Below, piece by piece: positions 10,238 through 20,775 of a stretch of 41,776 nucleotides of DNA (positions within the stretch are counted from its first letter, which is position 1; each line of letters starts with the position of its first letter). A model generated the notes under the pieces. It saw only the letters and a program-made list of their open reading frames with translations. It did not search any database and was not told where the DNA came from. This DNA comes from Bacteroidales bacterium UBA6346 (lineage in GTDB: Bacteria > Bacteroidota > Bacteroidia > Bacteroidales > UBA932). The translations under genes were made by a program, and so were the position numbers. The stretch spans positions 1 through 41,776 of the forward strand of contig DJSA01000123.1 of the NCBI GenBank assembly GCA_002438905.1, written 5' to 3'.

Positions 10238-11641
10238 ATGATGCACCGCGGTTTGGGACATCGCCTTGCTGTAGGTGCCGTAATGGTCATGCTGATGCTC
10301 ACCTGCGGTTCAGTGGCTTCTGCCCAATACCGCACTGATGGTGGCTCTTATGAGGAACTCTACGATGGGGAGACAATAGCGGCGCTGCGCCATCACATCC
10401 GTAGCCTAGCATCTGCTGACAGCGAAGGACGGGCCGCCGGTTCGGCTGGTGAGAGTGCCGCAGCGGAATATGTCGCGAAAATCCTCACGTCGAAGGGGGT
10501 TGATCTGCTTGACTTCGGAAATGGAAACAGTTTCGGAATCATGACAGAAGGAGGCGACACCATCACATCACGCAATGTCATAGGCTTCATCCAGGGCAGC
10601 GATCCCAAGTTGCGTGACCGCTATCTGGTTATAGGCGCGAGGCTTGACAACCTCGGGGCCGACAGCTACACCGTTGACGGCAATCCTGTGGAGAGAATTT
10701 ACTATGGGGCCAACGGAAATGCTTCGGGATTGGCGATGATGCTCGAACTTGCCGGCATTCTTTCATCGAATTCGCTCTCTCTGAAACGTTCCGTACTTTT
10801 CGTGGCCTTCGGGGCATCATCGAAGACATACGCCGGAGCATGGTATTTTCTGAATCGGGCATTTACGGAAACCGACAGTATAGACGCGATGATAAACCTC
10901 GACTGCATAGGTTGTGGAAACAACGGATTCTATGCATACACGGCATCAAATGCCGATTTGAACACTATTCTGCGCAGCCTTGAGGGTGATCTTCTTCCGA
11001 TAAGGCCGGAAATGACTGCCATCGAGACCTATCCTTCGGATCACAGGGCGTTCTATGCCAAGGAAATACCCTCCGTATGTTTCACCACTGGGAAATATCC
11101 TGAGCATGACACGGAACGCGATACAGAAGCCATAATCGACTATTCTTCAATGGAGAGAATACTCGAATATCTCTATGATTTTTCGATGACTCTCGCCAAC
11201 ACCGGGATACGCCCGTCATTCTATGAAAAGGTGATGGCACCTAAAAGGGGAGATGCTGATTATGATGGAGTCCTTCCTTATTATGAGTGTGATCAGCGCC
11301 CTACTTTTCTTGGCAGCCCGGATCCCCGCCAGTTCTTGGCGAAATGGGTGTATCAGTATCTGAAGTATCCTTCGGCCTCTGTTCGAAACGGTGTCCAGGG
11401 TACAGTCATGGTTGATTTCGTTATAGACAAGGACGGGAAGGTGACTGATGTGAGAGTTTCCCGCTCCGTCAGCGAGGAACTAGATGCCGAGGCTGTCAAG
11501 GTCATATCCGCGTCTCCGAAGTGGAAGCCGGGGCGTGTAGGGGGAAACAAAGTGCGCTGTTCAATGACCCTGCCGGTTGAGTTCCGCCTGGAGAGGAACA
11601 ACAATGGCGGGTTCGGCGTGAACAACATAAGGGTGAAATGA
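10238..11641 (+). CDS. M28 peptidase-like domain (degenerate active site) fused to TonB C-terminal domain
   Basis: Signal peptide ASA-QY; M28 scaffold (NVIGFIQG, LVIGARLDNLG, GANGNASG, MINLDCIG, SDH); TonB-C (LKYP...QGTVMVDFVIDKDGKV...LDAEAVKVI...WKPG). Start set to ATG 10238, just after SPOR stop. Confidence 0.85.
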   Translation: MMHRGLGHRLAVGAVMVMLMLTCGSVASAQYRTDGGSYEELYDGETIAALRHHIRSLASADSEGRAAGSAGESAAAEYVAKILTSKGVDLLDFGNGNSFGIMTEGGDTITSRNVIGFIQGSDPKLRDRYLVIGARLDNLGADSYTVDGNPVERIYYGANGNASGLAMMLELAGILSSNSLSLKRSVLFVAFGASSKTYAGAWYFLNRAFTETDSIDAMINLDCIGCGNNGFYAYTASNADLNTILRSLEGDLLPIRPEMTAIETYPSDHRAFYAKEIPSVCFTTGKYPEHDTERDTEAIIDYSSMERILEYLYDFSMTLANTGIRPSFYEKVMAPKRGDADYDGVLPYYECDQRPTFLGSPDPRQFLAKWVYQYLKYPSASVRNGVQGTVMVDFVIDKDGKVTDVRVSRSVSEELDAEAVKVISASPKWKPGRVGGNKVRCSMTLPVEFRLERNNNGGFGVNNIRVK

Positions 11642-11692
11642 TGAATCGCTGCACTGCGATTATTGAGTGAATATCAATAAGTTATTAAATAT

Positions 11693-14461
11693 ATGACAGA
11701 CTACAATTTCAGAGAGATTGAGACACGTTGGCAGGCCTATTGGGCCGAGAACCACACGTTTGAGACTCAGGCTGATCCGGCAAGACCAAAATACTACGTT
11801 CTTGACATGTTCCCATATCCTTCTGGGGCTGGGCTGCATGTCGGACATCCGCTCGGCTACATCGCGAGCGATATCTACAGCCGCTACAAGCGCCTGCGCG
11901 GGTTCAATGTCCTCCACCCTATGGGCTACGATGCATTCGGGCTTCCTGCGGAGCAATATGCGATTCAGACGGGACAGCATCCGGCGAAAACCACGGAGAT
12001 CAATATCCAGCGCTACCGCGAGCAACTTGACCGGATAGGGTTTTCCTATGACTGGTCCCGTGAGATCCGCACCTGCGACCCTTCCTACTACAAATGGACT
12101 CAGTGGGCGTTTCTGAAGATGTTCGGCAGCTGGTACGACAACAACGTTCAGAAGGCTCGCCCGATAGAGGAACTTGAGGCCGCGTTCGTTGCCGGTGGAA
12201 GTGAATCTGTCAACGCAGCATGCTCAGCGCATGAGCCCTTCACGGCGGAACAGTGGAATGCTTTCGATGAAAGGCAAAAGGCCGCGGCTCTTATGAACTA
12301 CCGCATTGCATATCAGGGAGAGACCTCCGTCAACTGGTGTCCGAAACTCGGGACCGTACTCGCTAATGACGAGGTTAAGGACGGCTACTCCGTGCGCGGC
12401 GGCTATCCTGTGGAGCAGAAGAAGATGACCCAGTGGCAGCTTCGCGTGTCTGCATATGCTGGCAGGCTTCTCGATGACCTTGAGGAACTTGACTGGACTG
12501 ACTCTCTGAAAGATATGCAGCGTAACTGGATTGGCCGGAGCCAAGGCTGCGAGATGGTCTTCAAGACTTACAATGGGGAGAAGGAGTATGATGTTACAAT
12601 CTTTACGACACGTGCCGACACGGTGTTCGGCGTGACATTCCTCGTGCTTGCCCCAGAGAGCGACTGGGTGGAGAAACTTACCTCCGCTGATCGCAAGGCT
12701 GAGGTTGATGCCTACCTCGCGCAGGCGCGCAAGAAAACCGAGCGTGAGCGCATATCCCAGACAAAGACGGTTGCCGGCGTATTTTCAGGCTCTTATGCCG
12801 TGAATCCGCTCACGGGCGAGAAGGTTCCGGTGTGGATTTCCGAATATGTGCTTGCCGGTTATGGTACGGGAGCAATCATGGCGGTGCCGGCGCATGACAG
12901 CCGTGACTATGACTTCGCGAAGGCATACGATCTTCCGATAATTCCTCTAATCGAGGGCTGTGACGTCAGCCAGGGCAGTTTCGACGCGAAGGAGGGAATA
13001 ATGTGTAACTCGGGTTTCCTGAACGGGAAGACCGTCAAGGAGGCCATTCCGGCTGCAATTGACTATGTGGAGAGCCACGGACTCGGGCATAGAAAGATAA
13101 ACTACCGTCTGCGCGATGCCATTTTCTCACGCCAGCGCTATTGGGGCGAGCCGTTCCCGATTTGCTACAAGGACGGCATCGCGACTCCGATTCCTGAGAG
13201 TGCCCTTCCGCTGGAGTTACCGGAAATTGACAAATATCTTCCTACGGAGACCGGCGAGCCGCCACTTGCACGGGCAAAGGACTGGAATTACGAGGGCAAT
13301 CCGCTTGAAACCAGCACAATGCCAGGATTTGCGGGTAGCAGCGCCTACTATCTGCGCTACATGGATCCGCACAACTCGGGCGCGCTCGTGGGGCGCGAAG
13401 CTGATGAGTATTGGCGCAATGTGGATCTCTACATTGGAGGTGCTGAACACGCTACGGGTCACCTCATCTATTCGCGCTTCTGGAACAAGTTCCTCTACGA
13501 CCTTGGTTATGTCTGCGAGAAGGAACCATTCCGCAAGCTCATTAACCAGGGAATGATTCAGGGACGCTCGAACTTCGTGTACAGAATCATAGGTACAAAT
13601 ACGTTCGTATCTTACGGACTGAAAGATAAATACGAAACGACGGAGATTCATGTTGACGTCAATATTGTCAACAATGACCGTCTTGACATCGAGGCTTTCA
13701 GACGCTGGATGCCGGATTTCGCGAACGCTGAATTTATTCTGGAGAATGGCGAGTACATCTGCGGCTGGGCTATTGAGAAAATGAGCAAGTCAATGTTTAA
13801 CGTCGTCAATCCTGACATGGTCTGTGACACCTATGGTGCCGACACTCTGCGCCTCTACGAGATGTTCCTCGGACCTCTTGAGCAGAGCAAGCCGTGGGAT
13901 ACTAAGGGAATTGACGGTGTCCACCGCTTCCTCAAGAAGGTATGGAGACTATTCTATGATCGCGAGGGTCTCATTCTGACAGATGAGAAGGCCACTCCGG
14001 CAGAACTCAAGACCCTCCACAAGCTCATCGGCAAGGTGACTTCCGACATCGAGACATTCTCCTACAACACGGCAATATCAGCATTCATGATTGCCGTTAA
14101 TGAACTCATCGACCTCGGCTGCAGAAAGCGTGAGGTTCTTGAACCGCTCGTGATTCTCCTCAGCCCGTTCGCTCCTCACATTGCTGAGGAACTTTGGAGG
14201 GCATCAGGACACATCGACACCATCACATGGGCTTCGTGGCCGAAGTATGATGAGTCGCTCACTCTCGAGAGCAACTGCACATACGCCATCTCCTTCAATG
14301 GAAAGACCCGCTTCACGCTTGACCTACCCAAGGCTATGCCTAAGGAGGAGGTTGAGGCGACTGTTCGCGCCAATGACTTGACGGCCAAATATGTCGGCGA
14401 CGGGAGTATTGTCAAGATGATTGTCGTTCCGGGCAAGATTGTGAATGTCGTTGTAAAATAA
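11693..14461 (+). CDS. leuS: Leucine--tRNA ligase
   Basis: [14 protein letters not shown] (HIGH), editing domain FTTRADT / [26 protein letters not shown]. Confidence 0.97.
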   Translation: MTDYNFREIETRWQAYWAENHTFETQADPARPKYYVLDMFPYPSGAGLHVGHPLGYIASDIYSRYKRLRGFNVLHPMGYDAFGLPAEQYAIQTGQHPAKTTEINIQRYREQLDRIGFSYDWSREIRTCDPSYYKWTQWAFLKMFGSWYDNNVQKARPIEELEAAFVAGGSESVNAACSAHEPFTAEQWNAFDERQKAAALMNYRIAYQGETSVNWCPKLGTVLANDEVKDGYSVRGGYPVEQKKMTQWQLRVSAYAGRLLDDLEELDWTDSLKDMQRNWIGRSQGCEMVFKTYNGEKEYDVTIFTTRADTVFGVTFLVLAPESDWVEKLTSADRKAEVDAYLAQARKKTERERISQTKTVAGVFSGSYAVNPLTGEKVPVWISEYVLAGYGTGAIMAVPAHDSRDYDFAKAYDLPIIPLIEGCDVSQGSFDAKEGIMCNSGFLNGKTVKEAIPAAIDYVESHGLGHRKINYRLRDAIFSRQRYWGEPFPICYKDGIATPIPESALPLELPEIDKYLPTETGEPPLARAKDWNYEGNPLETSTMPGFAGSSAYYLRYMDPHNSGALVGREADEYWRNVDLYIGGAEHATGHLIYSRFWNKFLYDLGYVCEKEPFRKLINQGMIQGRSNFVYRIIGTNTFVSYGLKDKYETTEIHVDVNIVNNDRLDIEAFRRWMPDFANAEFILENGEYICGWAIEKMSKSMFNVVNPDMVCDTYGADTLRLYEMFLGPLEQSKPWDTKGIDGVHRFLKKVWRLFYDREGLILTDEKATPAELKTLHKLIGKVTSDIETFSYNTAISAFMIAVNELIDLGCRKREVLEPLVILLSPFAPHIAEELWRASGHIDTITWASWPKYDESLTLESNCTYAISFNGKTRFTLDLPKAMPKEEVEATVRANDLTAKYVGDGSIVKMIVVPGKIVNVVVK

Positions 14462-14473
14462 ATCTTCCCTGAA

Positions 14474-15403
14474 ATGGTGAGAAAGAAGGTATTAAGCGTC
14501 CTTTGGGACTATATTGTGTTGAGTTTCGGCACCCTAGTCTACTGCCTTGCATGGACTTCAGTCCTTTTGCCGAACACGATAGCAAGCGGCGGCCTGACCG
14601 GTGCCTGCGCGATTCTCCAGTACGGCACAGGCATCCCTATGTCCTACTCGTTCTTTGCAATAAATACGGCGCTGATAATTGCCGGTTCCATAATTATGGG
14701 CAAAGGTTTCGGTTTCAGGACGATATATGCCTATCTCCTGTCGTCTCTGTTCCTCTATCTGATTCCCAAATATATGCCGTGGTTCATCGTCACCCTTGAC
14801 GAGAAGATGTTCGCGGCGCTTCTGGGCGGATTTATAGAGGCTTTTGGCATCAGTTTCGTCCTCAATAGGGGCGGCAGCACGGGCGGAACGGATATCATTG
14901 CCGTGTGTGTCAACAAGTTCTGGCCGATTTCTCTTGGGCGTGTCTACCTATTCTCTGATTTGCTGATTATCTTCACGGTGGTTTTCCTTCCAGACATGGG
15001 CATCACGGACGTGCTCTACGGCTATCTCGCGATGATTGCCTTCTCTTTTGGCGTGGACTATTTCACCCTCGGCCCGAAGTCGACTGTGCAGGTGCTTATA
15101 TTCTCCAAGAAATACAAGGAAATAGCTGACAGACTGATAGCTATGGACAGGGGAGTGACCGCGCTCAATTCTGTGGGCTGGTATTCCGGCGAGGAAAGCA
15201 AGGTTCTCTTGGTGATTGTGCGCAAGAGCAACTATCAAGCAGTTGTGAATCTCGTCAAGGAATTTGATGACAAGGCTTTTGTGTCGGTGTCGAACGCGGC
15301 GAGCGTGTTCGGTGAGGGATTCGAGGAAATCAAGTCGGGTGTGCCGAGAAAAAGTAAGGGCTCGTCTTCTGAAAATGGGAATTTGACGATAAATGCGGAA
15401 TGA
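14474..15403 (+). CDS. YitT family membrane protein
   Basis: ASGGLTG, GGSTGGTDIIA, TM helices, C-terminal DUF2179-like RGVT..GWYS..AFVSV..VFGEGF. Confidence 0.88.
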   Translation: MVRKKVLSVLWDYIVLSFGTLVYCLAWTSVLLPNTIASGGLTGACAILQYGTGIPMSYSFFAINTALIIAGSIIMGKGFGFRTIYAYLLSSLFLYLIPKYMPWFIVTLDEKMFAALLGGFIEAFGISFVLNRGGSTGGTDIIAVCVNKFWPISLGRVYLFSDLLIIFTVVFLPDMGITDVLYGYLAMIAFSFGVDYFTLGPKSTVQVLIFSKKYKEIADRLIAMDRGVTALNSVGWYSGEESKVLLVIVRKSNYQAVVNLVKEFDDKAFVSVSNAASVFGEGFEEIKSGVPRKSKGSSSENGNLTINAE

Positions 15404-16368
15404 CTATGACAACGAGTAATATTCTTAAAAGCAATGTGTGGACGACGCTCAAGGAATATGGGATCATGTCCCTTGGGCTTTTGGTATATGCTGTCGGATG
15501 GACAATGTTTCTCCTTCCCAATAACCTCGTCGGTGGGGGCGTGTCCGGAATTTCCGCGATAATACAATATGCGACGGGCGGGCATATTCCCATGGGATGG
15601 AGTTATTTCGTCATAAACGTCGTGCTCCTCATCTTCGGAATCGCTATACTCGGCAAGGGGTTCGGGTGGAAGACGGTATACGCCATAGCCTATACCTCGC
15701 TGCTGCTCAACGTCTTACCGCAGCTTTTTCCTGCGGAGTTCTTGTCAGAACTTTCCGGAGCCATAGGGCCACTTCTGTGTACGGTGCTCGGTGGTGTTTT
15801 CTCGGGAATCGGCATCGGCTCCAGCATATCCCAGGGCGGCTCCAGCGGTGGTACGGACATCATCGCACTGATTGTCTGCAAGTACCGCAACACTTCTCCA
15901 GGAAAACTAATTCTCGCGATGGATATAGTGATTATCTCCGCGTCTCTCTTCTGTCCGTCTTACAAGCCTGACGGTACCGAGGTCGAACTTGTCTACAAGA
16001 TTGCAAACGCGGCGTATGGTCTGATACTCATCACCGTGAACAGCTACACCATTGACCTGTTTCTGTCGGGAATGAAGCAGTCGGTGCAGGTGTTCATATT
16101 CTCCAAGAAATATGACGAGATCGCAGATGCCATCGCATATGACCTGCGCAGGGGAGTGACGCTCTTCCATTCAATGGGCTGGTACAGCAAGCAGGAGAGC
16201 AACGTCCTGATGGTCGTGGCGAGAAAGGCGGACCTGAGCATGCTTCTGCGCTATGTCAAGGCCATCGATCCCGATGCCTTTCTCTCCGTCTCCACCGTAA
16301 TGGGCGTATTCGGCCTCGGCTTTGACCAACTGAAAGGTAAGTCTAATAATAAAAAAATCGAGAAATAA
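15400..16368 (+). CDS. YitT family membrane protein (tandem paralog)
   Basis: VGGGVSG, GGSSGGTDIIA, RGVT..GWYS..DPDAFLSV..VFGLGF; ATGA overlap with upstream gene (alternative start 15406). Confidence 0.88.
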   Translation: MTMTTSNILKSNVWTTLKEYGIMSLGLLVYAVGWTMFLLPNNLVGGGVSGISAIIQYATGGHIPMGWSYFVINVVLLIFGIAILGKGFGWKTVYAIAYTSLLLNVLPQLFPAEFLSELSGAIGPLLCTVLGGVFSGIGIGSSISQGGSSGGTDIIALIVCKYRNTSPGKLILAMDIVIISASLFCPSYKPDGTEVELVYKIANAAYGLILITVNSYTIDLFLSGMKQSVQVFIFSKKYDEIADAIAYDLRRGVTLFHSMGWYSKQESNVLMVVARKADLSMLLRYVKAIDPDAFLSVSTVMGVFGLGFDQLKGKSNNKKIEK

Positions 16369-16428
16369 AAACGCTATTTGTTGCAAAAACGCAACAGTTG
16401 AGAACATTTTTTAGGGGGCGGTTACGCC

Positions 16429-16436
16429 TATCTTTG
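16429..16436 (+). promoter_or_regulatory. -7 promoter element for AraC-family gene
   Basis: TATCTTTG about 60 nt upstream of start; -33 not clear. Confidence 0.55.
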
Positions 16437-16495
16437 CACCCGCGGTCCGAAACAGTTCCGAACCGCGGGTAAATTTTTTAAAAGAATCGGGAATC

Positions 16496-17647
16496 ATGTT
16501 CTCTACACTAATCTCATCAACAGCGCTTGCCATATCGGCATTGGCATTTGCCATCGTGGTACTGCGCCCGAAGTTTATTACAAAACGCGTTAGACTAAAC
16601 TTTTTTTTCAGGAATGAACCTGAACTGCTTGCCGTCATGGCCGGTGGACTTCTGCTTTCCCTGCTTGACATCTGTGCAAGGCAACATGCCATGCTTGCCG
16701 CGGACATGGCACTTTCCGCATTGCCGGTCAGCGTGCTTCCGCAGACAGCTGGGGCAAAGGAACGCCACGTCTTCAGTCATGTGATTTTGACTATTGAGGC
16801 GGTCGCGGCAGTTGTATCACTGCTATGCTCTTTTGGCCTATGCCCTCATGCTTTACTTGCCATTCGTCCGCTTGTTGTTCTTCTCTCCGCATCCTATTTT
16901 TTCGCGGGATTCTTCAGACGCCCTCACTTCATTGGGGAGCGTAGGGCAGACGCTGTGTCTCCATTTTCCGTGTCATCGCTCTTTTCTGACATTTTCAGTT
17001 TATTCGTTCTCGGATTCTCGCTCATCATGTCGGCGATGTTCTGCTTTATTCCCTCCGATTATCCCATCCCGATTGAGCCAGCGGCTGACATCATTTCATT
17101 CATGGTGGCATCTGCGGTCTTCACCGGTTCTCTTCTCCGCAGAGCCGGCAGCAGACATTTTCTCTTCTTTGAGAAGTACGAAAGGATGATGTCGGAGGCC
17201 GTGAGGGACAGCGTGAGCAGCCGGATGATACGTGCTGACAGGAAGGAGGATCTCTATCGTGGGATCTTCATGCGCATTGAGGAATATTTCCGCAGCGAAA
17301 GCCCATATCTTGACACAGAGTTGAATATAGCCGGTGTCTCCGAACGAATTTTTACCAATAAAGTTTATGTCTCCCGGGCCATAAGCGAATGTGCCGACAC
17401 TAATTTCTGTCAATATGTCAACCGCTATCGTGTGGGCTATGCCATGGACTGTTTCCGCAAAAATACATCACTCCGAGTCTCAGATCTTGCATACATGTCC
17501 GGATTTCGCACGGTTGCCTCCTACAACACGGCATTCAGACGCGTGGTCGGAGAGATACCGTCAGACTGGATGAGACGCACTGCCGCTGTCATTCGGAGGA
17601 GCACCGCGGGACCTGTAATGGACGTTGTGGGTGCCCTTGCGGTTTAG
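16496..17647 (+). CDS. Membrane-anchored AraC-family transcriptional regulator
   Basis: Hydrophobic N-terminal ~210 aa; C-terminal HTH: PYLDTELNI...YVSRAI...NFCQYVNRYRV...LAYMSGFRTVASYNTAFRRVVGEIPSDW. Confidence 0.85.
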   Translation: MFSTLISSTALAISALAFAIVVLRPKFITKRVRLNFFFRNEPELLAVMAGGLLLSLLDICARQHAMLAADMALSALPVSVLPQTAGAKERHVFSHVILTIEAVAAVVSLLCSFGLCPHALLAIRPLVVLLSASYFFAGFFRRPHFIGERRADAVSPFSVSSLFSDIFSLFVLGFSLIMSAMFCFIPSDYPIPIEPAADIISFMVASAVFTGSLLRRAGSRHFLFFEKYERMMSEAVRDSVSSRMIRADRKEDLYRGIFMRIEEYFRSESPYLDTELNIAGVSERIFTNKVYVSRAISECADTNFCQYVNRYRVGYAMDCFRKNTSLRVSDLAYMSGFRTVASYNTAFRRVVGEIPSDWMRRTAAVIRRSTAGPVMDVVGALAV

Positions 17648-17704
17648 AAGTCTAAAAAAAAATAACCTGCCGCGTCTTAGTCCGTGCGCTGTGTAACGGA
17701 GATT

Positions 17705-17736
17705 TTTGCAGGTTTCACCGATAAGCCGTATCTTTG
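17705..17736 (+). promoter_or_regulatory. Bacteroidetes sigma-A promoter for ettA
   Basis: TTTG 17705-17708, 20-nt spacer, TATCTTTG 17729-17736. Confidence 0.75.
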
Positions 17737-17792
17737 CAGCGGTTCGGAGGCGGCCGCTTCCGGCGTTTCACCGCTAAAACATATTTCTTCAG

Positions 17793-19469
17793 ATGGCTGA
17801 CGAAAAGATCATTTTCTCAATGAACGGCGTGGGCAAGGTGCTCCCGCAGAACAACAGGGTAATACTCAAGGACATATATCTCTCATTCTTTTATGGAGCG
17901 AAAATCGGAATCATCGGTCTCAACGGATCTGGAAAATCGACGCTGATGAAAATCATCGCCGGCATAGATAAGCAGTATCAGGGCGAGGTCGTGTGGGCAC
18001 CGAGCTATTCCGTGGGTTATCTTGAGCAGGAACCGCAGATGGATCCGAACAAGACCGTGCTTGAGGTTGTTCAGGAGGGCGTGCAGGAGGTCATGGATGT
18101 GCTGAAGGAGTACGAGCAGGTGAACATGAAGTTCTGCGAGCCTATGTCGGATGAGCAGATGAACGCCCTCATCGAGCGGCAGGGGGAACTCACCGAGAAA
18201 ATAGAGCATCTCGGCGGCTGGGAGATTGACGCGAAGCTCGAAAGGGCAATGGACGCGCTGCAGTGTCCGCCTTCGGATGCGCTCGTGGCCAATCTTTCAG
18301 GTGGGGAGCGCCGTCGTGTGGCTCTGTGCCGGCTGCTCCTTCAGCAGCCTGACGTGCTGCTTCTCGATGAGCCGACCAACCACCTCGACACGGAATCGAT
18401 CCAGTGGCTAGAGGAGCACCTGCGTCAGTATAAGGGCACAGTCATAGCCGTGACACATGACCGCTATTTCCTCGACAACGTGGCAGGATGGATTCTTGAA
18501 CTTGACAGGGGAGAGGGCATTCCGTGGAAGGGAAACTATTCCTCATGGCTTGACCAGAAAAGCAAGCGTCTCGCGATGGAGGAAAAGCAGGAGAGCAAGC
18601 GCCGCAAGACTCTTGAACGCGAGCTCGAATGGGTGAGGATGGCTCCGAAGGCCCGCCACGCCAAGTCAAAGGCTCGTCTGGGTGCTTACGAGAAGCTTTC
18701 CGCCGAGGACGGACGCGAGAAGGAGGCAAATCTTGAAATCTACATACCGAACGGGCCGCGGCTGGGAAACAAAGTAATTGAATTCCATGACGTTTCAAAG
18801 GCATATGGTGATAGGCTTCTGTTCGAGCACCTTTCGTTTGTGCTTCCTCCGGCAGGCATAGTCGGCGTCATAGGCCCCAACGGAGCCGGCAAGACGACGT
18901 TGTTCCGCCTCATCATGGGGCTGGAAAAGTCTGATTCCGGAGACATTGTCATCGGAGACACCGCGAAACTCGCATACGTTGACCAGCAGCACAAGAGCAT
19001 AGATCCGGACAAGACCGTCTATGAGACAATAGCTGAGAACTCCGACTTCGTGAAGCTCGGCAAGCGGGAAGTGCCGGCGCGTGCATATGTCTCACGGTTC
19101 AACTTCACCGGCGCCGACCAGGAAAAGCTCTGCGGCGTGCTCTCCGGAGGTGAGAGAAACCGTCTGCATCTTGCGCTCACCCTTAAGGACGAGGGCAATG
19201 TCCTTCTGCTTGACGAACCTACCAACGATGTAGACGTGAACACCATCCGTGCCCTTGAGGAAGGTCTCGAGAATTTTGCAGGATGCGCCGTGGTCATCTC
19301 CCACGACCGCTGGTTCCTCGACCGCATCGCTACCCACATCCTTGCCTTCGAGGGCGACTCGCAGGTCTATTTCTTCGAGGGCAGCTACTCCGAATACGAA
19401 GAGAACAAGAAGCGCCGCCTTGGCAACGAGGAACCGAAGCGTTTCAAGTATAAGAAGTTAATGGAATAA
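17793..19469 (+). CDS. ettA: Energy-dependent translational throttle protein EttA (ABC-F)
   Basis: LSFFYGAKIG, two ABC domains (GLNGSGKS, LSGGERRR; GPNGAGKT, LSGGERNR), linker ELEWVR..KARHAKSKAR, no TM segments. Confidence 0.95.
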   Translation: MADEKIIFSMNGVGKVLPQNNRVILKDIYLSFFYGAKIGIIGLNGSGKSTLMKIIAGIDKQYQGEVVWAPSYSVGYLEQEPQMDPNKTVLEVVQEGVQEVMDVLKEYEQVNMKFCEPMSDEQMNALIERQGELTEKIEHLGGWEIDAKLERAMDALQCPPSDALVANLSGGERRRVALCRLLLQQPDVLLLDEPTNHLDTESIQWLEEHLRQYKGTVIAVTHDRYFLDNVAGWILELDRGEGIPWKGNYSSWLDQKSKRLAMEEKQESKRRKTLERELEWVRMAPKARHAKSKARLGAYEKLSAEDGREKEANLEIYIPNGPRLGNKVIEFHDVSKAYGDRLLFEHLSFVLPPAGIVGVIGPNGAGKTTLFRLIMGLEKSDSGDIVIGDTAKLAYVDQQHKSIDPDKTVYETIAENSDFVKLGKREVPARAYVSRFNFTGADQEKLCGVLSGGERNRLHLALTLKDEGNVLLLDEPTNDVDVNTIRALEEGLENFAGCAVVISHDRWFLDRIATHILAFEGDSQVYFFEGSYSEYEENKKRRLGNEEPKRFKYKKLME

Positions 19470-19486
19470 GGGAGGACGGGATGCCT

Positions 19487-19535
19487 AAAAGGCGGTCTGC
19501 TTTGGCAAGACGAGTAACGCGGCAGACCGCTTTTT
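19487..19535. terminator. Bidirectional terminator between ettA and prfB
   Basis: AAAAGGCGGTCTGC ... GCAGACCGCTTTTT between convergent genes, ~21-nt loop. Confidence 0.7.
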
Positions 19536-20655
19536 ATTCGCCCCGTCTCATAAGATAGGATTTCATAAAGTCGTTGAGATCACCGTCGAGAACGCCCTGG
19601 GTGTCGGATGTCTCGTGGCCTGTGCGGAGATCCTTGACCATCTTGTAGGGGTGGAGGACATAGCTGCGTATCTGTGAGCCCCATTCGATTTTCCTTTTCG
19701 TGCCCTCAAGCTCCGCCTGCTTTTCTTGGCGCTTCTTAAGCTCAAGGTCGTAGAGGCGTGACTTGAGGATGCGCAGGGCATTCTGCCGGTTGTCAAGCTG
19801 GGAGCGGGTCTCGGTGTTTTCCACAGTTATTCCTGTCGGGATGTGCCGTACGCGCACTCCCGTCTCCACCTTGTTGACGTTCTGGCCACCAGCTCCGCTT
19901 GAACGGAACGTGTCCCATTCGAGGTCGCCTGGGTTGATTTCAATTTCAATCGAGTCATCTACAAGCGGATAGACAAAAACCGAAGAGAACGTTGTCTGAC
20001 GCTTGCCCTGGGCGTTGAAAGGTGAAATGCGTACAAGTCTGTGGACTCCGCTTTCTGCCTTGAGATAGCCGAATGCGTAGTCTCCCTCCACCTGGATGGT
20101 AGCCGACTTGATGCCGGCATCCTCGCCTTCCAGCAGGTCGGTGACTGTGGTCTTGTAGCCGTTGCGCTCCGCCCAGCGGAGATACATCCTCATCAGCATC
20201 GCGCTCCAGTCGTTCGCCTCCGTTCCGCCGGCTCCGGAATTTATTGTGAGCACAGCCCCGAGCGAGTCTCCCTCCTCTCCGAGCATATTCCTGAGTTCCA
20301 GCTCTTCAACCTGCTTCTCCGCATCCGCGTATGCCTGCCCCAGTTCCTTCTCCTCTTCCGTCTCCACAGTCTCCTCCTCGGAAGCCCCAGTTCCTGCAGT
20401 CTCCTTCGCGAACTCATACAGGACATCAAGATCATCCACGGCCGACATAGCCCTATCATATCCGTCCACCCAGAACTTTAGCCCCGCCGTTTCCTTCAGA
20501 AAAGCCTCGGCCGCCTTCGGATCGTTCCAGAAGTCCGGTGCAGCCGCCTTTTCCTGACGCTCGGCAACCTGTCCGCGCTTCTGTTCCACATTTACACATT
20601 TCCCAAGCACCTCGACCCTCTTTCTCAAATCCCGTATCTGTTCGTTTGAAATCAT
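19534..20655 (-). CDS. prfB: Peptide chain release factor 2 (single uninterrupted ORF)
   Basis: GAGGTEA, GVHRLVRISPF (SPF, RF2-specific), GAGGQNVNK, WGSQIRSYV. Confidence 0.96.
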   Translation of the reverse strand: MISNEQIRDLRKRVEVLGKCVNVEQKRGQVAERQEKAAAPDFWNDPKAAEAFLKETAGLKFWVDGYDRAMSAVDDLDVLYEFAKETAGTGASEEETVETEEEKELGQAYADAEKQVEELELRNMLGEEGDSLGAVLTINSGAGGTEANDWSAMLMRMYLRWAERNGYKTTVTDLLEGEDAGIKSATIQVEGDYAFGYLKAESGVHRLVRISPFNAQGKRQTTFSSVFVYPLVDDSIEIEINPGDLEWDTFRSSGAGGQNVNKVETGVRVRHIPTGITVENTETRSQLDNRQNALRILKSRLYDLELKKRQEKQAELEGTKRKIEWGSQIRSYVLHPYKMVKDLRTGHETSDTQGVLDGDLNDFMKSYLMRRGE

Positions 20656-20701
20656 ATCGGTAAATCTTAAATCATAACCGGAGACCCGGCATAAAAACTT
20701 G

Positions 20702-20709
20702 CAAATATA
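20702..20709 (-). promoter_or_regulatory. -7 promoter element for prfB
   Basis: Minus strand TATATTTG ~46 nt upstream of ATG. Confidence 0.55.
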
Positions 20710-20722
20710 GCGAATATATCAC

Positions 20723-20758
20723 AAAAAAGGTCCGGACCTACATCTACGGCCGGACCTT
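20723..20758 (-). terminator. Intrinsic terminator of dxs
   Basis: AAGGTCCGG/CCGGACCTT stem ending in a T-tract on the minus strand, just after the dxs stop. Confidence 0.7.
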
Positions 20759-20775
20759 ATATATAAAAGAAAGTG

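Noticed and set aside
19481..19558. 25-aa Arg-rich ORF (MPKRRSALARR...) with GGAGG upstream, after ettA
   Set aside because: Runs through the terminator hairpin and antisense into prfB; no coding evidence
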